From Candidatus Marinacidobacterales bacterium (GTDB lineage: Bacteria > Acidobacteriota > Vicinamibacteria > Marinacidobacterales > DATDRI01), in the NCBI GenBank assembly GCA_965226495.1, contig OZ245365.1, positions 2,592,001 through 2,656,000 on the forward strand: a stretch of 64,000 bases of DNA. Direction: 5' to 3'. The stretch's first letter is position 1, and each line of letters opens with the position of its first letter. Shown here piece by piece: positions 8,397 to 17,418 of this stretch. Both the position numbers and the translations under genes were made by a program. Below the pieces are notes generated by a model that was given only the letters and a program-made list of their open reading frames with translations, was not told the DNA's origin and searched no databases.

Positions 8397-9935
8397 TTAG
8401 GTCTCGGATTTCAAGGAGACCGCGTGCAGATCCCAAATTTGATCGCCTCGAGGCACAAAGCCCTCGACCCGACCGGCGACGCCGAAACTCCGGATCTGGA
8501 TGTAAAGTGGGATGGGGCAGACTTCTTCGATGATCAAGAGTCGCTCGATCTGGTTGTACACACGGTCTTGCTCGTCACCGTCCGCGGTTGCCGCTTCCTC
8601 CACCAGACGATCCACGCGAGGATCGGAGCAATACGTCACGACGCTCTTGGTGGTCCAATAGGAACGGATGGGTCCGTCTTCATGGGCGAATGTGGGGATG
8701 GTGCTGATGAGATGCATTCCGCTCATGTCATCGGTCAGGAGTAGATCCAGGAAGGCTCCTTCTTCCATTGGGTCGCGCTCGACGGTGAATCCGGCGGCTT
8801 CCAGCATGCCCGCGATCGCCCCCCCCACTTCGTTGTCCAACATGTAGCGACCAACCGTGTAGTGGAACTCGATCGGAGGCAGATCGCCGACCTCCTCGAG
8901 AATGGCTCGTGTCGCGGCGAGGTCGTAGGTTACATAGTCGTCGTGTCCTCCGGCACTCGGGAACATTGGATGGAACAAGTTGGGATCCGAAATCGCACCG
9001 TCGGCTCCGAAGATCGCTTCGACGAGAAGCTCCGTGTCGATCGCGTGGGCGACCGCCTTCCTGACCCGGAGGTCATCGAACGGGGGCGCCCGCCGATTCA
9101 TCTGCAACATCATCTTAGTGAGCTCCGGGACCCGGAGCACGCCGGCGTCCGGCGCCGTTTCGACCATTTTGGTGAGCTGTGGAGGCAGGTCAACGACGAT
9201 GTCCGCCGCACCGGAGACCAGTAGGGCGGCCCGCGAGCTTGCCTCGGCACTCCAGCTCAAACGCACTCCGCCCAGAGTCGGCGCCCCGCGATAGAACTCC
9301 TCGTTCCGCACCAAGACGATCTCCCGCCCCTCGTTCCATGCCTCTAGTTCGAATGGCCCGGTTCCCACTGGCGAGAGTCCGACGCCGGTGGCCCCGACAG
9401 CGAGGTAGTGCTCCTTGGGAAACACCGGCACCATCATCATCATCATGGGAAGGAACGACAGCGGCTGTGAAGTCGTCACCCGCACGGTGTCCTGGTCGAT
9501 CGTCTCGATCGATTCGAGCGCCGCGAAGTATCGGGAGGAGACCCCCGTCACTTCGTCTCGTGCCTTCAGGATATTGAACGCCGCCACTTCGGCATCAAAG
9601 ACCTCGCCGTTGTGGAATTGGACGCCGGTTCGCACGTCGAATTCCCACGTCAAAGGTTCGAGCCGTCGCCAGTCGACCGTGAGGCCGTCCTTGGTCGCTT
9701 GGTAGGTTTTAGAGTCGGGAGCCACCAGTGCTTCGACCACCAACCGACTGACTCCCACGCTCGCTCGGCTGTTGTCGATGAACGGATGGAAGGAGCGAGG
9801 TTCCGAACCGAGAACGATCCGAATGCGGCGCTCCGCCGGATCCGCGTCGTCTGTCCCCGGCCCGCTCCCACACGCCACGGCGAGCAAGCAAAGCCCGGCT
9901 ATTCCACTCGACCTTGGTGACAGGAAACCTCTCAT
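8397..9935 (-). CDS. ABC transporter substrate-binding lipoprotein, family 5 (DppA-like)
   Basis: Lipobox LAVAC, GVQFHNG, PVGTGPF, PPFDDLRVRKAVAHAID. Confidence 0.93.
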   Translation of the reverse strand: MRGFLSPRSSGIAGLCLLAVACGSGPGTDDADPAERRIRIVLGSEPRSFHPFIDNSRASVGVSRLVVEALVAPDSKTYQATKDGLTVDWRRLEPLTWEFDVRTGVQFHNGEVFDAEVAAFNILKARDEVTGVSSRYFAALESIETIDQDTVRVTTSQPLSFLPMMMMMVPVFPKEHYLAVGATGVGLSPVGTGPFELEAWNEGREIVLVRNEEFYRGAPTLGGVRLSWSAEASSRAALLVSGAADIVVDLPPQLTKMVETAPDAGVLRVPELTKMMLQMNRRAPPFDDLRVRKAVAHAIDTELLVEAIFGADGAISDPNLFHPMFPSAGGHDDYVTYDLAATRAILEEVGDLPPIEFHYTVGRYMLDNEVGGAIAGMLEAAGFTVERDPMEEGAFLDLLLTDDMSGMHLISTIPTFAHEDGPIRSYWTTKSVVTYCSDPRVDRLVEEAATADGDEQDRVYNQIERLLIIEEVCPIPLYIQIRSFGVAGRVEGFVPRGDQIWDLHAVSLKSET

Positions 9936-9944
9936 GCGCGACTG

Positions 9945-11174
9945 TCAGGAGGCCGGGGCGTCGTTCCGCACGACCTCCCCGCCCTTCATGACGAAACGCA
10001 GCTTCCGGTAGGCCGAGATGTTCTCCAGCGGGTCCCCGTCGATGCCGACGAGGTCCGCGTATTTCCCCGGCCCTATCGTTCCGATCTGGTCCTCGACACG
10101 CAGCCACTCCGCCGGCTTCACCGTGGCGGCTCGCAGCGCCTGCCGCGGCGTCATGCCCGCTTCCACCAGATACTCGAGCTCCCGCACCGTAGCGGTCGTA
10201 CCCTCGAACGGCTCGGCGGGCAGCATGTCCGTCCCGAGAGCGACATTCACGCCGGACTCGATCGCGAGCTTGAGCCCCGCCATATGTGCCGGTCCTTTCC
10301 CGAGCGCTCTCTCCACCATCCACGGTGGCGCCTTAATCCGGTCGTAGAATTCCTTGCAACGCGTCACCAGGATCGTCGGCACCAGCCACGTCCCGCGCTC
10401 CACCATGAGCTTCACGACCTCCTCATTCAGCTCGTAGCCATGCTCGATACAGTCGAGGCCGCACTCGATCCCCATCTTGATGACATGCGCCGGCCCGACA
10501 TGCGCCGTTACCTTCTTGTCCCATCCATGAGCGACTTCCGTCACCGCCCGGAGCTCGTCGGGAGCCACCTGAGAGTCCATCCTGCCTTCGAACTCTCCTG
10601 AGATACCCCCCGAGATCATGACCTTGATGAGATCGGCACCGGCCTTGAGCTGCGCCCGCGCCACTTTTCGAAACTCCGCCGGCCCATCCGCCTCGACCGC
10701 GCCGGCTCCCCGGCCATGCCCGCCGGTGCAGGAAATCGCGGTTCCTGCCGTAAAGAGGCGAGGACCCTGGGCTTCGCCTCGGCCGATCGCTTTCCTGAGC
10801 GCGAGATCGGCGTGGCGTTTCTCCGAGACCAGTCGCAGCGACGTGGCTCCGGCGTGGAGCGCCTTGCGCGCATTGGAAGCGATCCGGAGTGCCAGCTCGG
10901 CATCGTTCTCGGTCGCGAGACGCGTCGCTTCCGCGCCCGGCAGTGCGAGGCAGAGGTGTACGTGCATATTGATGAGTCCGGGCGTGACATACGCGCCCCG
11001 GAGATCGAGGGTCTCCGTCACCCCCGCTTTCTTGGCACGCTCGACGACTTCGTTCGCGCTTCCCGACTCCACGATGCGCTCGCCCTTCACCCAGATGGCC
11101 GCGTCCTTGAGTGGCGCTTCCAGCGTCGCATCAACCATGTGACAGTTCGTCAGTACTAGCGCTCGCTCTTTCAA
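9945..11174 (-). CDS. Metal-dependent amidohydrolase (Xaa-Pro dipeptidase-like, amidohydro_1)
   Basis: PGLINMHVH, GADLIK, TAHVG, CIEHG, ALGTD, GKYADLV, FVMKGG. TTG start after an AGGAG RBS. Confidence 0.92.
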   Translation of the reverse strand: MKERALVLTNCHMVDATLEAPLKDAAIWVKGERIVESGSANEVVERAKKAGVTETLDLRGAYVTPGLINMHVHLCLALPGAEATRLATENDAELALRIASNARKALHAGATSLRLVSEKRHADLALRKAIGRGEAQGPRLFTAGTAISCTGGHGRGAGAVEADGPAEFRKVARAQLKAGADLIKVMISGGISGEFEGRMDSQVAPDELRAVTEVAHGWDKKVTAHVGPAHVIKMGIECGLDCIEHGYELNEEVVKLMVERGTWLVPTILVTRCKEFYDRIKAPPWMVERALGKGPAHMAGLKLAIESGVNVALGTDMLPAEPFEGTTATVRELEYLVEAGMTPRQALRAATVKPAEWLRVEDQIGTIGPGKYADLVGIDGDPLENISAYRKLRFVMKGGEVVRNDAPAS

Positions 11175-11279
11175 GTCTCGCTCCTATGTCATGGCTCTCA
11201 CTAGAACTTAGAGAAACTCTGCAGGCGGCCACTGTATGCAGGAGCGAATCCAGTGTCAATCTCGTGTATAACGGGATTC

Positions 11280-12677
11280 ATGACTCGTGAGTTGTGGCAG
11301 CTCGGCGTTGGCGCGTTGACGTCACGTTACCGAGAGCGGAAGACCTCGCCCAGCGAGGTCATGGCGGCGCTCGCCCAGCGAATCGAGCGGATCGAACCCA
11401 CCGTCAACTCCTTCGCTACGCTCACCCTCGACAAGGCTAGAGAAGAGGCGAAGGTCCTCACCGAAGAGCTGGCCCGAGGTGAGAACCGGGGCGCCCTGCA
11501 CGGGATTCCCGTCGCACTCAAGGAGCTCTTCCACGTCGCGGGAGTAGAGACCTCGTACGGGGCGACATTAATAAAGGTGGTGCCGGACCAGGACGCAGCC
11601 TCCGTACACCGTCTTCGTGAAGCCGGTGCGATCGTTATCGGACTAACCCGCTCCCACGAATGGGGTTGGGGCATCACCACCCAGCACCCAGATGGTGGGG
11701 GTACACGGAATCCCTGGGATCTCACCCGGGTGCCCGGCGGGTCCAGCGGGGGCTCCGCAGCGGCGGTCGCCGCGGGGCTCGTCCCTCTGGCGCTGGGAAC
11801 CGATACCGGAGGTTCCGTCCGCCAACCCGCGAGTTACTGCGGCGTCGTAGGCTTCAAGCCAACGTTTGGTCGAATCCGCCGGGGCGGCGTCTTACCGCTC
11901 GCGCCATCCTTCGATCACATCGGCATCATGGCTCGCGAATCCGGAGATACCGCGATCGCTCTCTCCGTTCTCGCCCGCGGCGCTCCTGAATTACCTAAAC
12001 CGCCTGAATTGCCGGTGCGGGGTCTCCGCGTCGGACTCGCTCCAGACTTGAACGTCCTCGAGCTCAAAACCGAGTACGCCACCACGTTGGATCACGTCAT
12101 CCAGCTCCTCACGAGAGAAGGTGCCATTCTTACCGAGCGGCGCGGGTTGGATCCCGATGAAGTCCTCGCTACCTACCTCACCATCCAAATGGCGGAGGCG
12201 TACGACGTGCACCACGACCGGCTCGAGACCTACCCCAAGAGGGCGACCGGCTATTCCGCGCGCATCCGTGCGCGCCTCGAAGAGGCTCAAACGATCGATT
12301 CGTCTCGTGTCGTGGAAGCTCGCGCGAACGTCCCGCGGATCCGTAAACGATTCGAGACGTTCTTCGAAGGGATCGATGTCCTTCTGACACCCGTTGCCGC
12401 CGCGGGCCCGTCCCTCGTCGCAAACCCAGATACCGTTTCACACCGAGGCGTCGAGGTTCCATTTCGAGATCTCGCGATGCACTACGTGATTCACCAGAAT
12501 CTCACCGGCTTCCCGGCTGTCACGATCCGCGCCGGCTTCGATGAAGAAGGCGTTCCGGTCGGTGTTCAGCTTACGGCCGTGCCAGAGAAAGAGAGCCTGC
12601 TCCTCCAACTAGCGGGGAAGCTCGAAGGGATGCTCGCGACGGACCGCCGAAACTGGCCGCCGCTCGAAGATGGTTGA
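11280..12677 (+). CDS. Amidase signature family protein
   Basis: LHGIPVALKE, PGGSSGGSAAAVA, LGTDTGGSVRQPA. Confidence 0.94.
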   Translation: MTRELWQLGVGALTSRYRERKTSPSEVMAALAQRIERIEPTVNSFATLTLDKAREEAKVLTEELARGENRGALHGIPVALKELFHVAGVETSYGATLIKVVPDQDAASVHRLREAGAIVIGLTRSHEWGWGITTQHPDGGGTRNPWDLTRVPGGSSGGSAAAVAAGLVPLALGTDTGGSVRQPASYCGVVGFKPTFGRIRRGGVLPLAPSFDHIGIMARESGDTAIALSVLARGAPELPKPPELPVRGLRVGLAPDLNVLELKTEYATTLDHVIQLLTREGAILTERRGLDPDEVLATYLTIQMAEAYDVHHDRLETYPKRATGYSARIRARLEEAQTIDSSRVVEARANVPRIRKRFETFFEGIDVLLTPVAAAGPSLVANPDTVSHRGVEVPFRDLAMHYVIHQNLTGFPAVTIRAGFDEEGVPVGVQLTAVPEKESLLLQLAGKLEGMLATDRRNWPPLEDG

Positions 12678-12761
12678 GCCTTCTGCCGGGAAGGAGGCGC
12701 CGCCCGGTGTGTGGATAGCTCCTAATCTACTCGGCCTGACAACCGTCACCTTCCTTTTCTA

Positions 12762-12790
12762 TTGACATTTCCGTGACCGAGGTGTAATTA
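12762..12790 (+). promoter_or_regulatory. Sigma70-type promoter candidate
   Basis: Perfect TTGACA at 12762-12767. The AT-rich -10 region TGTAATTA at 12783-12790 gives TGTAAT at 15-bp or TAATTA at 17-bp spacing, in an otherwise GC-rich context. Confidence 0.55.
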
Positions 12791-12794
12791 CTAA

Positions 12795-13145
12795 ATTAGC
12801 TTCCACGGTAGCTTACGCTTGCTACCGCGAACCGGAAAGGAGACACTTCGTGACTCCACCTGGCCATTTGAGGCCTTCAAAAGGCTGAGGCCAGCCGCAC
12901 GCATCACGCGAGCCTGGTCGCTTTTGAAGGTAGGCATACGAGACCGTTTTGACTTAGGTCCGGCCTGTAAACGTATCCTTAGATCGCTGAGCCGAGTTAG
13001 CGCCACAGAATACGGCGCCCCGCGCTCCGATCGGGTCCGGCTTCCAAAAGCCTTTCGGTCGGCTCCCCTAAGTCACTCACTCCTTAGGCTGCTTTCCCAA
13101 GCGGCCCGAAAAGGCGGGGTGTGCACGTGGCCACTCCGCCTTTTC
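12795..13145 (+). ncRNA. Unidentified ~350-nt highly structured RNA with a predicted pseudoknot
   Basis: At least 9 helices seen by eye. G-U pairs occur on the + strand. A 9-bp long-range pair links 12950-12958 with 13067-13075. There is an upstream promoter, a downstream terminator-like hairpin and no credible ORF. Confidence 0.65.
13108..13145 (+). terminator. Intrinsic terminator-like hairpin
   Basis: GAAAAGGCGGGGTG(13108-13121) pairs with CACTCCGCCTTTTC(13132-13145). The U-tract is short. Confidence 0.6.
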
Positions 13146-13285
13146 ACATCCACTGCTCCACTTGCGCGTCCCAACTACCGAAGGCTAAAATACGTCTCGC
13201 ATTTGGAAGCGTTGTCTAACTCCGAGGTGGGTGCCGCCACACCTTGGTCAGTCGAAATCGTCAACCGTATTGGGGGTCAGCAACC

Positions 13286-14314
13286 ATGGCAGAACTCGAT
13301 CCATCCAAGATCTTGCAAGTCGGACTCGGCTACTGGGGTTCGAAAACTCTACTGAGCGCCGTGGAACTTGGCCTCTTCACCGAGCTCGCACGTCAGCCGA
13401 TGACCGGAAAACAAGTCGAGGCGAAGCTAGGGTTGCATCCTCGCGCCACTTACGACTTCCTCGATGCAGTGCTTGCGCTCGGTTTCCTACGGCGCGACGG
13501 AGACGGCGCGGACGGCGTTTATCGCAATACCGAAGAGACCCAGGCCTTCTTGGATCGAGAATCCCTCCGCTACATCGGTGGGATGCTCGAAATGAGCAAC
13601 GCACGCCAGTTCGCCTACTGGAACGACCTCACCGAAGGGCTGCGCACCGGCAAGCCGCAAAACGAGGTAAAGCACACCGGCAAGTCGATCTTCGAGGTGC
13701 TCTATGCTGACCCCGCGCAGCTCGAGAGCTTCATGAACGCGATGGCCGGCATCTCGATGGGTAACTTCAACGCCTTCGCACAGAAGTTCGACTTCTCGCC
13801 CTACAAGACGATGTGCGACGTGGGCGGGGCGACGGGGCAACTGTCGATCGTCTGTGCGCAACACAATCCTCACTTGAAGTGTATAAGCTTTGATCTGCCA
13901 CCGGTGGCGCCCATTGCGCAACAGAGCATCGACGCCGCCGGGATGAGCGGCCGGATCGAAACTGCCCAGGGCAACTTTTTCACGGACCCCTTGCCCGCGG
14001 CAGACCTCATCACCATGGGCATGATCCTGCACGACTGGAACTTGGAGAAAAAGATGCACCTGGTCCGGTCGGTCTACGACGCGCTGCCCCCCGGGGGGAC
14101 GTTCGCGGTCATCGAAAACCTCATCGATGACGCGCGGCGGGAGAACGTGTTTGGCCTCTTGATGTCACTCAACATGCTGCTCGAATTCGGAGACGCCTTC
14201 GACTTCACGGGCGCCGACTTCGACGGCTGGTGCCGGGAGGTGGGCTTCGAGCGGACCGAGGTACTTCACCTCGCCGGGCCCGCGAGCACGGGCATCGCCT
14301 ACAAAGCTAAGTGA
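13286..14314 (+). CDS. SAM-dependent O-methyltransferase (Methyltransf_2 with dimerisation domain; ASMT-like)
   Basis: SAVELGLFT wHTH dimerisation region, CDVGGATG SAM motif, FDLPPV, GNFF, MILHDW. Confidence 0.93.
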   Translation: MAELDPSKILQVGLGYWGSKTLLSAVELGLFTELARQPMTGKQVEAKLGLHPRATYDFLDAVLALGFLRRDGDGADGVYRNTEETQAFLDRESLRYIGGMLEMSNARQFAYWNDLTEGLRTGKPQNEVKHTGKSIFEVLYADPAQLESFMNAMAGISMGNFNAFAQKFDFSPYKTMCDVGGATGQLSIVCAQHNPHLKCISFDLPPVAPIAQQSIDAAGMSGRIETAQGNFFTDPLPAADLITMGMILHDWNLEKKMHLVRSVYDALPPGGTFAVIENLIDDARRENVFGLLMSLNMLLEFGDAFDFTGADFDGWCREVGFERTEVLHLAGPASTGIAYKAK

Positions 14315-14324
14315 AGTGATCTGC

Positions 14325-15497
14325 TCATGTAGCTACCGTCCCGACGTCGAAAGCAACGGCGAGACGGTCGGCCACCGCGAGTCCATCGAGTGTCGGTCGG
14401 AGCGAGTCTTCTTCGAGCTCGACGAGTCCGTCGGCAGAGAGCTTCGCAACGAGGGTCTCGTTGATCTTCAGGAGGTCGACGTCGAACCGCTCGCGTACCC
14501 AGGCAAGATTTAAGCCGTCCTTGGTGCGCATGCGGAGCATGACCGCCTCTAGAAGAAAGTCCTCGTCGCCGAGCGTCTCTCGCCCATCGACCGCACTCTC
14601 CCCGCGGCCGATCTTCTTCTCCCAATCGAAAAGCGAACGCTCGTTCCAAAAACGGGAACGACCGTCGAAGGAATGGGCCGAGGGCCCCAGACCGAGGTAC
14701 GGAGTGTGGTACCAGTATTTCTGGTTGTGGCGCGAGCGGTGCGATTCGGAGCGGGCGAAGTTCGAGACTTCGTAGCCCTCATAGCCCGCATCGGCGAGAA
14801 ACTCATGCGTAAGGCGAAAAAGCTCGGCCTGTCGGTCCTCCGAAACCTCCATGACCTCCCCTTCGCTTTTCCTCCGCCCAAAGAGTGTCTGGTCGTGAAT
14901 CGTCAGCTGGTAGCAAGACAGATGATCGGGCGCTAGGGCGACGGCCGCTTCCAGCTCCTTTCGCCAGCCGGCGACCTCCTGTCCCGGACGGCCGTATATG
15001 AGATCCAGAGAAAGCTCGTTAATGCCGGCCTCGCGCGCGAGGCCGACACTCCGGCGCACGTCGTCAACGGTATGGTGCCGACCCAGCCACCCAAGTGCAT
15101 CGTCGTCCAACGCCTGAACACCCAGCGACAGCGTTCCGATGCTGAGCTCTCGGCAGACGGAGAGCGAAGAGGGGTTTACGTCTTCCGGGTTGGCCTCCAA
15201 AAACCATCGACAACTAGGGGCTAGCCAACCCTTCTCGGCAATGGCTTCTGCGATCTCCGATAGGCCCTCGCCGTAGAGGAACGATGGGGTCCCACCTCCG
15301 AAGTACACGGTGTCGAAGCCCCGAATCTCCTCATCGGCGAGATCGATCTCTCTCAATAGCTGTGAGACGAATCGCTCCTGCCGCGAGTGGTTTCCCGTGA
15401 GCACCGCGAAGTCGCAGTAGGGACAGATCGAAGAGCAGAAAGGAATGTGAACGTAGAGTCCGGGCTTACTCGACTTCGAAGACCGATCAGTCTTCAT
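14325..15497 (-). CDS. hemW: Radical SAM heme chaperone HemW
   Basis: LYVHIPFCSSICPYCDF, YFGGGTPS, EANPED, YEVSNFAR..SRHNQKYW, YLGLGPSAHS. Lies directly downstream of lepA. Confidence 0.92.
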   Translation of the reverse strand: MKTDRSSKSSKPGLYVHIPFCSSICPYCDFAVLTGNHSRQERFVSQLLREIDLADEEIRGFDTVYFGGGTPSFLYGEGLSEIAEAIAEKGWLAPSCRWFLEANPEDVNPSSLSVCRELSIGTLSLGVQALDDDALGWLGRHHTVDDVRRSVGLAREAGINELSLDLIYGRPGQEVAGWRKELEAAVALAPDHLSCYQLTIHDQTLFGRRKSEGEVMEVSEDRQAELFRLTHEFLADAGYEGYEVSNFARSESHRSRHNQKYWYHTPYLGLGPSAHSFDGRSRFWNERSLFDWEKKIGRGESAVDGRETLGDEDFLLEAVMLRMRTKDGLNLAWVRERFDVDLLKINETLVAKLSADGLVELEEDSLRPTLDGLAVADRLAVAFDVGTVAT

Positions 15498-17289
15498 CCG
15501 TCTTGAGGACGGCCACGAAGGCCGCTTGAGGAATCTCGACGGCACCCACCATCTTCATGCGCCTCTTCCCTTCCTTCTGCTTCTCGAGGAGTTTTCGTTT
15601 GCGGGTGATGTCTCCACCGTAGCACCTGGCGGTGACGTCTTTCCGGTAGGCGTTGATGGTCGTGCGCGCAATGATATTGCCTCCGATAGCCCCCTGAATG
15701 GCAATTTTGAACTGTTGCTTAGGAATGGCTTCGGCGAGACGCTCACAGTAGTGAAGCGCCCGCGGACGGGCCTTGTCCACGTGTACGAGCTGCGAGAGGG
15801 CATCGACACTCTCGCCGTTGACGAGAATGTCCACCTTGGCAATCTTCGTCTCACGATAATCGAGCATGTCGTAATCGAAAGAACCATAGCCCTGGGTGAC
15901 GGTTTTCAGGCGGTCATAGAAGTCGAAGAGCACCTCGGCCAAAGGTAGCTCCGAGGTGAGCTCGACCCTCCCTACCGCCAGGTAGTGGAACGTCGTATTC
16001 ACACCGCGGCGGTCACGGCAAAGCTCCATGACGACCCCCAAGTACTTCTCCGGCATCATCACCGAAGCCTTGATGTAAGGCTCTTCAGACTTGATGATCT
16101 GCATCGGATCCGGGAAGCGGCTCGGGTTGTCTATCATCACCACACCCTCCTTCTCGAGGGTGAGGCGGTATTTAACCGACGGAGCGGAGAGCAGCAAGGA
16201 GAGGTCGTACTCGCGCTGAAGGCGTTCCTGGATCACATCTAGATGCAAGAGGCCGAGAAAGCCGCAGCGAAACCCATACCCTAGAGCCGCCGAAGAGTCC
16301 TTCTCATAGGTCAGGGCCGGATCGTTGAGCGTGAGCTTGTCCAGTGCTTTCGTCAGGTCTTCGTAGTCGTCGGTGGACATCGGGTAGATGGAAGAAAAGA
16401 CGACCGGCTTGGCTTCCTTGTACCCCGGCAAGGGCTGTGGCGCTGGGTTCTCCTTATGGGTGATGGTGTCGCCGATGGCAATTTCGTGCACCGCCTTGAT
16501 GTTGGCGATCACGTAACCCACCGCCCCGGCGGAAAGCTCCTCTTGCTTTACCCGTTTGAGCTGGAGCAGTCCCACTTCCTCGACATCGTAGTCCTTCCCA
16601 CTGTGCATCAACTGTATTGTCTGTCCGGACTTCATGGTTCCCTGCTTGATACGGCAATACAGAACCACGCCACGATAAACGTCGTACTGTGCGTCGAAGA
16701 TGAGCGCCTGGAGCGGGGCCTCGGGATCGCCACTAGGAGCCGGTAGCTTCTCGATGATGGCCTCCAGAAGCTCGTCGATTCCCTGCCCCAGCTTGGCCGA
16801 AACGGGAATCGCTTCCAGGGCATCGAGCCCCAAATCTTTTTCAATTTCCTCTTGGACTCTGTCGATGTCGGCGGCGGGGAGATCGATCTTGTTGATGATG
16901 GGAAGCAACGTGAGATCGTGCTCTGTCGCCAGATAAAGGTTCGCAACCGTCTGCGCCTCGACACCTTGAGCGGCGTCCACCAGGATGAGCGCCCCATCGC
17001 TGGACATCATGGAGCGACGCACCTCGTGGGAGAAGTCCACGTGACCGGGCGTGTCGATGAGATTGAGTAGGTAGTCGCGTCCGTCCTTCGCCTTATAGTT
17101 CAGACTGACGGTGTTGCTCTTGATCGTAATCCCCCGCTCCCGCTCCAAATCCATGGAGTCCAGGAGCTGGTCACGGAAGTCCCGGTCGGCGACCCCTCCG
17201 CACCGCTGGATGAGGCGATCGGCAAGCGTGGATTTCCCATGGTCGATGTGGGCGATAATGCAGAAGTTTCGGATTTGCGTAAGGGCCAT
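15487..17289 (-). CDS. lepA: Elongation factor 4 (LepA)
   Basis: IRNFCIIAHIDHGKSTLADR, DTPGHVDF, GFRCGFLGLLH, KDVTARCYGGDITRKRKLLEKQKEGK. Confidence 0.99.
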   Translation of the reverse strand: MALTQIRNFCIIAHIDHGKSTLADRLIQRCGGVADRDFRDQLLDSMDLERERGITIKSNTVSLNYKAKDGRDYLLNLIDTPGHVDFSHEVRRSMMSSDGALILVDAAQGVEAQTVANLYLATEHDLTLLPIINKIDLPAADIDRVQEEIEKDLGLDALEAIPVSAKLGQGIDELLEAIIEKLPAPSGDPEAPLQALIFDAQYDVYRGVVLYCRIKQGTMKSGQTIQLMHSGKDYDVEEVGLLQLKRVKQEELSAGAVGYVIANIKAVHEIAIGDTITHKENPAPQPLPGYKEAKPVVFSSIYPMSTDDYEDLTKALDKLTLNDPALTYEKDSSAALGYGFRCGFLGLLHLDVIQERLQREYDLSLLLSAPSVKYRLTLEKEGVVMIDNPSRFPDPMQIIKSEEPYIKASVMMPEKYLGVVMELCRDRRGVNTTFHYLAVGRVELTSELPLAEVLFDFYDRLKTVTQGYGSFDYDMLDYRETKIAKVDILVNGESVDALSQLVHVDKARPRALHYCERLAEAIPKQQFKIAIQGAIGGNIIARTTINAYRKDVTARCYGGDITRKRKLLEKQKEGKRRMKMVGAVEIPQAAFVAVLKTDED

Positions 17290-17418
17290 AGATTTAGACG
17301 GTTTTTAAAGCGCGCAAACACTGTAGTTTAGCACGGTTTTCCCGCACGGGTGCGACCCCACCAACGTGAGCGTGGCTGGCGAGCCTCCGGCCAAGTGATT
17401 TAGAATCCTTCAAGCACA

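Noticed and set aside
12989-13068. tRNA gene (7-bp closing stem with three arms, 77 nt)
   Set aside because: No TTCRA T-loop, wrong arm and loop sizes, no CCA. Treated as a subdomain of the larger RNA candidate.
12932-13121. Group I intron core or FMN/glmS riboswitch (GACTTA/TAAGTC pair, AGGCGGGGTG, TAGCGCC)
   Set aside because: Only short motif coincidences. P4-P6, J8/7 and the remaining conserved riboswitch blocks are missing, and there is no interrupted host gene.
12819-13355. 178-aa ORF (and the 12791-13006 minus ORF) across the intergenic gap
   Set aside because: TTG start without an RBS, no recognisable motifs, overlap with the methyltransferase, and it runs through dense RNA helices and a terminator.
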